The notes under the pieces were generated by a model. The model ran no database searches, was not told where the DNA came from, and saw only the letters and a list, made by a program, of their open reading frames with translations. Positions 18,901-26,810 of a stretch of DNA of 64,000 bases are shown in pieces. Position numbers and translations under genes: made by a program. The stretch comes from an uncultured bacterium (GTDB taxonomy: Bacteria; Krumholzibacteriota; Krumholzibacteriia; Krumholzibacteriales; Krumholzibacteriaceae). The number at the start of each line of letters is the position of its first letter. Position 1 is the stretch's first letter. The stretch lies in NCBI GenBank assembly GCA_963786935.1, contig CAWBAN010000004.1, positions 128,001-192,000 of the forward strand, in the 5' to 3' direction.

Positions 18901-21683
18901 TCGTGTGCCGCGAGTACGGCGGCACGCGCAACACGTGCGTCCGGCACGTCTACCTCGCGGGACAGCCGAAGCTCATCACGCCGGAGCGCGAGATCGTCAC
19001 GCTCCCCGCCGACGGCAAGACGGCGGGCGAGATCGTCTTCCTCGTGAGCGACGGGAACGGGCTCCCGGTCCGCGACGGCATTTTCGTCACGGTGACCGGC
19101 GCCGAGGATATCGTCGCGGGTCTCGACGCGAATCCGCAGGTGCAGGGCATCCAGGCGGCGACCGCCAACGGCCGCGTCATCGTCGCGCTCCCGCCGATGC
19201 GCGATTCGCGGAAAGAGCGGATCGGCGTGGCGCTGAACGGCGTCTCAGCCGGCGCCCGCGCCGTGTACGAAGCGCCGCTCCGGAACTGGTTCCTCTTCGG
19301 CCACGGCGAAGCGGAGCTCGGCTACAGCGATCTCACCGGAACGGGGAGCACGGAGCGCCTGATGGAAACGCAGCACGACGGCGCGTTCGTGGACGGAAAG
19401 CTCTCGTTCTACGGACAGGGCGAGATCAGGAGCGGGCATCTGCTCACGTGCGCCGTCGACACGCGGCCGGTCAAGGACGACATGCTCTTCAGGCGCATCG
19501 ATCCCGAGAAATACTATCCGATATACGGCGACGCGAGCGAGCTCAGGTTCAACGCCGCCTCGCGGAGCGGCACGTTCCTGCGGCTCGATCACCGCAGATA
19601 CGCGGCGATGCTCGGCGATTTCCGGACCGATTTCAGCGAGGCCGAGTTCACGAAATATCATCGCTCGTTCAACGGCGTCTCGGGAGAGGCGCGGTTTTCG
19701 CAGGGTGACGTGAAGGCGTTCGTCACGAAGGCCGATCAGGTTACCTATCAGGAGGAGTTCCGCGCCGAGGGGACGAGCGGCTTCTATTTCCTCTCCCACT
19801 ATCCGCTCGTCGAGAACAGCGAGAAGATCCGCGTCGAGGTGCGCGACCGGTACCGCTCCGAGCGCATCGTCCGCGTCGACTACAAGCTCGTCGAGCGCGA
19901 CTACGACATCAACTACATGGACGGGAGCATTCTCTTCAAAGAGAGCGTCCCCGCCTTCGACGAGAACCTGAATCCCGTGACGATCGTCGTGAGCTACGAA
20001 TGCCGCGGCGCCGGCGACAACAACTTCATCTACGGGTTCCGGTCGGCGGTGGGAGTGGCGGACAGTCTCGAGCTCGGGACGACCGCGGTGCTCGAGCAGG
20101 AGGGCGTGGAGAACTACACGCTCCTCGGATTCGATCTCGCGGGCCGGGTTTTCGAGGGGCTCGCGGTCGAGGGAGAGTTCGCGCACAGCGAGAAGTTCCT
20201 CCTCGGCGGCGGCACGGCGTTCCGCGTTCTCCTGCGGGACGAGGGGACCGGCGCCGTCCGGTGGAACGCGTACTACCGCGCGATCGACGAGAGCTTCTTC
20301 AACTCCTCGTTCTCGGGCGGCAAGACGGAGCTCGGGAGCGTCAAGATCGGCGGCGAGCTCGATTGGCGGCTGAACCGGGGATTCGGGGCGAGCGCGCAGG
20401 CGTACCGCCACACGTATCAGGAGCGGGACGAGCGGAAGGACTACGCGGATCTCGTGGCGCGGTACGCGGCCGGCGTTCTCGAATGGCGGGCGGGCTTCGC
20501 CGCGGCCGGCCACAGCGACACGCGCGACGGGGATCAGGCGTCGGTGCTCATGCTCACCGGCGTCTCGTACAAGAACGCGGGGACCACGGCGGAGGCCGGA
20601 TGGGATCAGATCCTCGCGGGGGACGAGGTCGACGATTACCCGAACCGGCTCCAGGCGAAGTTCTCGAAGCGTGTCTGGCGCGGCGTCGCGGCGGCGCTCA
20701 AGTACGAGTACCGCACCGGCAGCCGCTCGGGAACGCGGCACTTCACCCAGATCGGGCTCGAATCGAATATCACCGAGAGCATGCAGGCGTACACGCGGTA
20801 TCAGGTCGACGGCGCGATGGGGGGCCAGCGCGGCCAGGCGACGATGGGGATCAGAAACCGGTTCGTCCTCGCCGCGGATCTCACCGGGACCGTCGCGGTG
20901 GAAAAGCTCGCGACGGTGAGCGGGAACGCGGCGGAGGATTACCTGTCGATTTCGACCGGCGCGCTGTACACGCCGGCGCATAAGGATTATCGCGTGAAGG
21001 GGAACTACGAGATCAGGATCGAGCCGCTGCGCGCCAAGCACCTCGCCGAGCTCGCGGCGATCAAGCGCCTGAGCGAGCGGTGGAGCGCCATCGTGAAGGG
21101 GGATCTCTGGTTCTCCGACGAGGAGATCGAGAACAACCACGTCAAGGGGAGCTCGACGATCGGGATCGCCGTGCGGCCGCATTCCTCGCGGACGGTCGAG
21201 GTCCTCTCCCTCGTCAAGACGGCGTACGAGAAGAACAGCCCCGCGCATCCGGAAGCGGTCGACAAGGAGAACCTCGCGTCGATCGAGGCGACGTGGACGC
21301 CGAGCCCGGCGTGGGAGCTCGAGGGCAAGGTCGCGGCGCGCCGGATCGAAAACTCGTTCAGGGACTACTCGGCGGACGCGTCGGCGTTCCTGTATCAGGT
21401 GCAGGCGATCCGCGTGATCGCGCGGAAGTGGGACGTCGCACTCAAGGCGCGCTTCGTGCATCAGAACGAGACGGCGACGACGAGCTACGGCGGAGGCCTC
21501 GAGCTCGGCCGTCTCGTCACCGGCAACCTGTGGGTCGGCGCGGGATACGATTTCGGGGGACACGAGGATCCCGACGCGCCGGTCAACGGCTTCGAGCGCA
21601 GGGGATTCCATTTCGGCATGAGGCTCAAGTTCAACGAGAAGATCCTCGAGTACTGGGACGGCGGCAGGGAGGTCGGCGAATGA
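15933..21683 (+). CDS. Large outer-membrane protein: Ig/DUF11 domains, SdrD-B-like domain, OmpA peptidoglycan-binding domain and C-terminal beta-barrel
   Basis: GVFADADSNGAWDEGERG (SdrD-B like); IEGHTDS...NLELSIARA...NRRVEI (OmpA); YYPIYGDAS; long run of amphipathic strands ending GFHFGMRLKFNE. Confidence 0.85.
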   Translation: MRRPSTRSSRRGQLLFLLAVAWLALLPSLSMAAIPPAGQAITSRSLAYYERSGSRWSAYSNEITVNVLALYGPVVEPNGTVSAPGAVVRAFAGETATFAFSLRNAGNAEDAFTLALAYPAPSDFVPAQSRIYLDIDGDSLVDPGEPAVTDVGSLASGEEVRLVVQAVLPAGLMGGESAHVNLVARSQADTSAWDRDNVVRITARDEAAVSLALAADRSAALPGDTIAFTLQFANTGERAAAGVVPSAPIDLAGSTEGADYVSGSAGSSVAGSFEYYDAASSAWVAAPPPVDRIKGIRLLAGALAPGAAGNLTFRVRVRDGRAAGVLRETAAVDYTGGNAQPYRLASNEVTVTIGRVSSIAIGPRGNPLAASGSADDRVFANVDGSSDSYTLWHELLNGGNFADSVRIVLADSSLIPADWAIEFVDSNGAPFPGESGYRAAVGTVPSGRSTIVGLRLSATAESLRRFDGRQLVFALEASSIFFEEASDRVEDVLVKASIPLVSIEQSIREPTAQIGDILSFIVTVENLTEETALDSVVVTEALSPGLAFAAGSLVPRIAGNDLEWTLDGLEPGERREIVFRARVKTGQETGRLVSSAYVRGVTDTGEPAFDGPASASILIVEGIFTRRGIIAGGVFADADSNGAWDEGERGVCGVSVFIDDGTYAVTDSFGLYSIPGVVEGRHVVRIDPASVPDGFEPGASGFYGFGVAGEMLVDLAPSGHRRADFALVRSSGPSREAGGAAAADSSASTAREAAAVAAAESGRPGQSFNAITIPSSHFEAGEAAIGGIPLNRVAALSLWIKDHPGWSIYIEGHTDSIPIASAAYPSNLELSIARARSVFQLLRMNGIPEERMDYTGCGSREPVASNAGEEGRALNRRVEILIVPPADYTGGDPGLPEILERSEHKEYALADSTGICAGIVAPAEGTIFFSRGEIDVEIVSPLGSDVELYVNGLPVGKDRIGLKKIDIASGIFGSIFYGVKIAEGKNDILVVCREYGGTRNTCVRHVYLAGQPKLITPEREIVTLPADGKTAGEIVFLVSDGNGLPVRDGIFVTVTGAEDIVAGLDANPQVQGIQAATANGRVIVALPPMRDSRKERIGVALNGVSAGARAVYEAPLRNWFLFGHGEAELGYSDLTGTGSTERLMETQHDGAFVDGKLSFYGQGEIRSGHLLTCAVDTRPVKDDMLFRRIDPEKYYPIYGDASELRFNAASRSGTFLRLDHRRYAAMLGDFRTDFSEAEFTKYHRSFNGVSGEARFSQGDVKAFVTKADQVTYQEEFRAEGTSGFYFLSHYPLVENSEKIRVEVRDRYRSERIVRVDYKLVERDYDINYMDGSILFKESVPAFDENLNPVTIVVSYECRGAGDNNFIYGFRSAVGVADSLELGTTAVLEQEGVENYTLLGFDLAGRVFEGLAVEGEFAHSEKFLLGGGTAFRVLLRDEGTGAVRWNAYYRAIDESFFNSSFSGGKTELGSVKIGGELDWRLNRGFGASAQAYRHTYQERDERKDYADLVARYAAGVLEWRAGFAAAGHSDTRDGDQASVLMLTGVSYKNAGTTAEAGWDQILAGDEVDDYPNRLQAKFSKRVWRGVAAALKYEYRTGSRSGTRHFTQIGLESNITESMQAYTRYQVDGAMGGQRGQATMGIRNRFVLAADLTGTVAVEKLATVSGNAAEDYLSISTGALYTPAHKDYRVKGNYEIRIEPLRAKHLAELAAIKRLSERWSAIVKGDLWFSDEEIENNHVKGSSTIGIAVRPHSSRTVEVLSLVKTAYEKNSPAHPEAVDKENLASIEATWTPSPAWELEGKVAARRIENSFRDYSADASAFLYQVQAIRVIARKWDVALKARFVHQNETATTSYGGGLELGRLVTGNLWVGAGYDFGGHEDPDAPVNGFERRGFHFGMRLKFNEKILEYWDGGREVGE

Positions 21684-24600
21684 CGGCACGGCGCATCATG
21701 ACGATCCTCGCCGCCGCGGCGCTCGTGCTGTGCGTCCGGCCGGGCCCCGCGCGCGCCGGCGAGCTCGTGCAGAACGGCGGCTTCGAGACGGGCGGCTTCT
21801 CCGGCGGATGGGTCGACGGCGCGGGGCAGCTCTCGAGCGGGCAGACGAATCCGGCCTGGGCGGACCACCTGGTGACGCTCGATCTCCCGTTCGCTGGCAA
21901 CTACTCGGCGCTGATCGGATTCAAGTACGCGCAGATTCGAGGGAACCGGTTCGGATTCATCTATCAGGACGTAGCGATCCCGTCGAACGTCTCGCGCGCG
22001 GACCTCTTCTTCAAGTTCCGCCAGCAGGGCTGGGACGGCAACTTCTACGATCCGTTCCGCATGCAGATCCGCGCCACGAACAACGCGGTTCTCGCGACGG
22101 TGATCGAATACTCGTTCGCCGAGGCGAACCATCTCTTCAAGGATTCGGGCTGGCTCGACGACAACAACGCCGTGCCCGTCGGCTATTCGATGACCGCCTA
22201 CGCGGGGCAGACGGTGCGGCTGTACTTCTATCAGGAGAACAGCTTCAACAACTTCTACGAGACGTGGACGTACATCGACGACGTCTCGCTCGTCTTCCGG
22301 CGGTGGGTCGACCTCGCCGTCGACGGAAACGGAAACGACCTCTTCGGCGCCGCGGGGACCGGCGCCGGCGGCTCCTCGATCAAGAGCGCCGAGCAAGGGG
22401 AGACGCTCTCCTATATAATGGATATAGAGAACGAGGGGCCCGACGGCGATTCCTACCGTCTCACGGCGAATCCTCCCGCCGGCTGGACGGCGTCCATCCG
22501 CTACAACGGCACGATCTATCCCTTCCCGTGGAATTCGCCCGTGATCCCCGCCGGCTCGAAGATCCAGGCGGAAGTCGTGCTGACCGTTCCTTTCGGCGCG
22601 GCGGTGAACGGCTACTCGACGATCGTCGACGCGGTCTCGAGAAATTTCGCGAACCGCTACGACAGCGTCCGGCTCGGCACGAACGTCGTGCCCGCCGATT
22701 TCCTCGCCGACGCGATCATCGACGCGAACGGGTTCGGCGTGATCGATCCGGCGGGCGGGGGCGGCATCGCGTACCGCGAGGCGGTTCCGGGCGCGCAGGC
22801 GAGCTACGTGCTCGAGGTGTTCAACGAGGGCGTTCAGGCCGATTCCTTCCGGATCCGCTGGAGCGCGGCGGCGCCCCTCACGATCGCCGTGCTCGACGGC
22901 GGCACGGTCCGCGCGCGGGCCTTCAGCACGGCGCTCGTCCCGAGCATGGGCTCCGTGTCGTTCACGGTGCGGGCGACGGTCCCGGCGTCGACCCTCGGCG
23001 GCGACTACACGAGCATCGTGTACGCGACGTCGCTCACCGACACGCTCAAGCGGGACGCCGTGCGCGCGGTCACGCGCGTCCTGGCGCCGAAGGTCGACAT
23101 GATCATCGGCGGGAGCGGCGACGGCATCATCGACGCGACCGGCGCCGGCCTCGGCGGCGCCACGACCGTCGCGGCGGGAGTGGGAACGACCATCTCGTTC
23201 CCCTTCATTCTCCAGAACGAGGGGGCCGTCGCCGATTCCTTCACGCTCTCCTGGACGAGCCCGGGCGCCGGCTGGACCGCGCGCGTCAACGACGGCGCCG
23301 CGGACCACGCGCTCACCTGGCGGACGCCGACGATGGCGCCGTTCAGCGCGCGCAATCTCGTGCTCATGGTGACGGTGCCGGCGGGGGCGTCGTACGACAC
23401 CTACAAATCGATTCTCAACGCCGTTTCGTCGGTTTCGGCGCCCGCGCGCGAGAGCGTCACGGCCTCGATATCCGTCTCGAGCGGAAACGAAATCGATCTC
23501 ATCATCGACGGGAACGGGGACAACGTCTACGGGTACCTCGGCACGGCGCTCGGCGGAAGCTCGGTCAAAACGGCTACGCCGGGGGACACGGTCACGTTCG
23601 CGATCGCCGTCCAGAACGAGTCGGGGGAGAATCTCTTCGACATCTGGTGGAACGGTCCCCCCGGATGGGACGTCCTCATCGGGGACTCCACGTCGACGAT
23701 GCGCCGCGTGACGGCGGGGCTCTACACGCTGACCGTGCGCGTTCCGGCCGGCTGCGCGGGAGGGACGTTCGACGTCGTCGTCGACGGCGTGAAGACGAAC
23801 AAACGGTATTACGTCGACAGCGTGCGGGGCCGCCTCGTCGTCTCGGCGCCGCGCGTCGTCGACGCCCTCATCGACGGGAACGGCGACGGAGCGTTCGGCG
23901 GGACGGGGACCGGCGCCGGCGGCTCTTCCTCGCAGACGACGACCGCCGGGAGAACGGTGCGATTCACCGTCGAGCTCCAGAACCAGGGGAGCGCGCCGGA
24001 GAGCTACCGGGTGAGCTGGAACACGATCCCCGATTACATCGCCACGCTGCAGGGATACGCGTCGCCGTACCTGACGGCTTCCGTCGCGCCGGGCGGGGCG
24101 GCGCTCCTCAGCTTCGCCGTGCGGGTTCCCTACACGGCGGCGGCGGGGGATCTCGACTACGTCCTCGACGTCGTTTCGACGATCGACACGGGCAACGTCG
24201 AGAGCGTGCGCGCGCGCGTTCACGTCAATCCCCCGCCGCGCGCCGACCTCGTGATCAACGGGGACGGCGCGTTCGATTCGGCGCCTCCGGGCTCGGGGGA
24301 CGGGGGACGGGCGCTCGTGTTCGGGAGCCCCGGCACCGAGGTGACCGCCGTGCTCGAGCTCTGGAACCGCGGCGGGTTCGCCGATTCGTTCCGCGTCACG
24401 TGGAGCCCGCCCGCCGGGTGGCCCGCCGGTTCGGTCGTGCTCTCGGACGGCTCGGGGGATCACGCGTCCCCGTACCTCGTCGGCGTCATCGATCCGGGCG
24501 AATCCCGGGTGTTCACCGTGCGCGTGTTCATCCCCGCCGGCGCCGCGCTGCGGACGCCGATCATCATCGACGGCATCGCGCTGTCGCGCGATCTCGAGGA

Positions 24601-25657
24601 CTCGGTGACCCTCGAGGCCGCGATCAGCTCGTTCGTCACGGGCGTCGTGTTCAACGACAAGGATCATGACGGGGCTCTGGACGCGGGCGAAGAGGGATGG
24701 ATCGGCGTCACGGTGACCCTCTCCGATCCGGGCGGCCCGCTCGTCCGGCAGACGGACGGATCGAGCTCCTATCTCTTCGAGGTGCCGGCCGGCGTCGCGC
24801 GCGAGCTCGCGGAGACGACTCCCGTCGGCATGATCTCGCTTTCGCCGGACGTCGTTTCGCTCCCGGCCCCCGCTCCCGGAGAAACGCTCCGCGTCGATTT
24901 CGCGGACGTCCGGGTGCCGGCGATCGCGCCGGCGAACAACCTGAGCTGTCCGGCGGGAAGCTTCGTCGATTTCCCGCATGTGATCACGGCGGGAACGGGC
25001 GGGCAGGCCGCGGTCGCCGCAACGCTGCCCGCCGGGTGGATCGAAGCCTTCTACCGGGACAACGACGGAAGCGGCACGATGAGCGCGGGCGATTCACTGC
25101 TCACCGCCGCGGACCTCGCGCTCGATCCCGATTCGGCGCGATTCGCGGCGGTGCCGATCGTCATGCGCGTCTTCGTGCCGGCGCAGACGAGCGCGGGGAC
25201 GCTCGCTTCGATCCCCGTCACGCTGCGCCAGACGCTTTCGGGCACGGCGATCGAGGTGGAGGTCACCGTCCTCGACCGGCTCCTCGTGCTCGCGCAGGCG
25301 AGCGGCCTGCTCAATCTCGCCAAAGTCGTGGATCTCGCCGAGGCGCATCCGGGCGACACCATGACCTACTCGATCACGTTCTCCAATCCCGGCACGGAAG
25401 GAGTACGAGAGATCGAGATCATCGATCCGCTGTCGTCGTCGGTCGATCTCGTTCAGGGAGCGTTCGGGCCCGGCAGGGACGTCGAGTGGTTGAAGGACGG
25501 CGTCCCGGTCTATCTCACCGCCGACCCGCTGGACGCCGACGAGGCGATGTACGTGGCGGCCGACGGCACCCTGCGCGTGATCCTCTCGAGGCTCGCGCTC
25601 TACACGCTCGAAAGCGGCGCGACGGGACGAATCACGTATCGAGTCAGGATCCGCTGA
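21680..25657 (+). CDS. Exported repeat protein: N-terminal jelly-roll/CBM-like domain, six Ig repeats, SdrD-B-like domain, C-terminal incomplete DUF11; putative tip adhesin
   Basis: ATG overlaps the upstream stop (ATGA); signal peptide; ELVQNGGFETG...YIDDVSL; ends ITYRVRIR. Confidence 0.82.
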   Translation: MTARRIMTILAAAALVLCVRPGPARAGELVQNGGFETGGFSGGWVDGAGQLSSGQTNPAWADHLVTLDLPFAGNYSALIGFKYAQIRGNRFGFIYQDVAIPSNVSRADLFFKFRQQGWDGNFYDPFRMQIRATNNAVLATVIEYSFAEANHLFKDSGWLDDNNAVPVGYSMTAYAGQTVRLYFYQENSFNNFYETWTYIDDVSLVFRRWVDLAVDGNGNDLFGAAGTGAGGSSIKSAEQGETLSYIMDIENEGPDGDSYRLTANPPAGWTASIRYNGTIYPFPWNSPVIPAGSKIQAEVVLTVPFGAAVNGYSTIVDAVSRNFANRYDSVRLGTNVVPADFLADAIIDANGFGVIDPAGGGGIAYREAVPGAQASYVLEVFNEGVQADSFRIRWSAAAPLTIAVLDGGTVRARAFSTALVPSMGSVSFTVRATVPASTLGGDYTSIVYATSLTDTLKRDAVRAVTRVLAPKVDMIIGGSGDGIIDATGAGLGGATTVAAGVGTTISFPFILQNEGAVADSFTLSWTSPGAGWTARVNDGAADHALTWRTPTMAPFSARNLVLMVTVPAGASYDTYKSILNAVSSVSAPARESVTASISVSSGNEIDLIIDGNGDNVYGYLGTALGGSSVKTATPGDTVTFAIAVQNESGENLFDIWWNGPPGWDVLIGDSTSTMRRVTAGLYTLTVRVPAGCAGGTFDVVVDGVKTNKRYYVDSVRGRLVVSAPRVVDALIDGNGDGAFGGTGTGAGGSSSQTTTAGRTVRFTVELQNQGSAPESYRVSWNTIPDYIATLQGYASPYLTASVAPGGAALLSFAVRVPYTAAAGDLDYVLDVVSTIDTGNVESVRARVHVNPPPRADLVINGDGAFDSAPPGSGDGGRALVFGSPGTEVTAVLELWNRGGFADSFRVTWSPPAGWPAGSVVLSDGSGDHASPYLVGVIDPGESRVFTVRVFIPAGAALRTPIIIDGIALSRDLEDSVTLEAAISSFVTGVVFNDKDHDGALDAGEEGWIGVTVTLSDPGGPLVRQTDGSSSYLFEVPAGVARELAETTPVGMISLSPDVVSLPAPAPGETLRVDFADVRVPAIAPANNLSCPAGSFVDFPHVITAGTGGQAAVAATLPAGWIEAFYRDNDGSGTMSAGDSLLTAADLALDPDSARFAAVPIVMRVFVPAQTSAGTLASIPVTLRQTLSGTAIEVEVTVLDRLLVLAQASGLLNLAKVVDLAEAHPGDTMTYSITFSNPGTEGVREIEIIDPLSSSVDLVQGAFGPGRDVEWLKDGVPVYLTADPLDADEAMYVAADGTLRVILSRLALYTLESGATGRITYRVRIR

Positions 25658-26810
25658 CGACGTCGATCACCGTCTTCACGACGTAATCGATTTCCTTCTC
25701 CGTCAGCTTGGGATAGAGCGGAAGGCTGATCGTGCGGGCGCCGATATCCTCGGCGACGGGAAACGCGCCCGGCCGGTAGCCGTAGCGTTCGCGGTAATAC
25801 GTCATCAGGTGCACGGGGTAGAAGTTCACCGAAACGCCGACGCCGCGGTTCTGGATCTCCTCGAGGATCCGGTCGCGCCGCGCGCGGTCGACGAGGATCG
25901 TGAAGAGGTGGCACGCGTGCCGCGCCTCGGGCCGCCTCGTGTGGATCTCGATGCCGTCGACGTCGCGGAACGCGTCCGCGTAGCGCTCGTAGATCTCGGC
26001 GCGGCGCGCGAGGAAGCCCTCGAGCTTCCCGAGCTGCTCCACGAGAATCGCCGCGTGGATGTTGTCCATGTTGTATTTCCAGCCGAAGACGTCGACGTCG
26101 TACCGCTCGAAATGGTTCGAGTATCGCTCCTGGGCGCTCTTGTCGAAGCCGTGGAGCCGGAGCTTTTTCAGGAGCTCCGTCTTCGCCGCGTTCCGCGACG
26201 AGATCGCGCCTCCCTCTCCCGAGGTGATGTTCTTGGTCGCGTAGAAGCTGAAGCACGCGAAGTCGCCGTAATGTCCCGGTTTCCTGCCGTTCCATTCCGA
26301 CTCGAGCGAGTGGGCGGCGTCCTCGACGACGACGAGCCCGCGCTTCCGCGCGATGTCGCCGATGGCCGTCATGTCGCACATCTGTCCGTAGAGATGGACG
26401 GGCATGATCGCCCGCGTCCGATCGGTGATCGCGGCCTCCACGCACGCGGGGTCGATGTTCGCCGTCGCGCGATCGACGTCGGCGAACACGGGGGTGGCCC
26501 CCGCCATGATGACGCTGTTCGCCGTGCCGATGAAGGTGACCGGCGTGGTGATGACCTCGTCCCCTGGCCCGATTCCCGATGCCAGAAGGGCGAGCTGCAT
26601 CGCCGCCGTGCAGCTCGTCACGGCCACGGTGGAGGGAAGGCCGAGATAGGAGGCGAGCCCCTGCTCGAACTCGCTGACCTCGTCTCCGGTCGTGAGGAAG
26701 AGCGAGCGGAACACGCGCTCGACGCGCTGGAGCTCCTCCTCGCCGATGTTATGCTTGCAGTACTCGACTTTTCGTTTCAATGCGCCTCGTCTCCCGACCC
26801 GGTGCGTCAT
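25644..26810 (-). CDS. DegT/DnrJ/EryC1/StrS PLP-dependent sugar aminotransferase
   Basis: SCTAAM, GIGPGDEVIT, PVHLYG, EDAAH, FSFYATKNITSGEGG; start may instead be TTG at 26780. Confidence 0.92.
   Translation of the reverse strand: MTHRVGRRGALKRKVEYCKHNIGEEELQRVERVFRSLFLTTGDEVSEFEQGLASYLGLPSTVAVTSCTAAMQLALLASGIGPGDEVITTPVTFIGTANSVIMAGATPVFADVDRATANIDPACVEAAITDRTRAIMPVHLYGQMCDMTAIGDIARKRGLVVVEDAAHSLESEWNGRKPGHYGDFACFSFYATKNITSGEGGAISSRNAAKTELLKKLRLHGFDKSAQERYSNHFERYDVDVFGWKYNMDNIHAAILVEQLGKLEGFLARRAEIYERYADAFRDVDGIEIHTRRPEARHACHLFTILVDRARRDRILEEIQNRGVGVSVNFYPVHLMTYYRERYGYRPGAFPVAEDIGARTISLPLYPKLTEKEIDYVVKTVIDVVSGS

Noticed and set aside
21080..21679. Upstream extension of the 1525-aa ORF
   Set aside because: Overlaps the barrel gene; the real start is the ATG at 21680, with a GGAGG RBS and signal peptide
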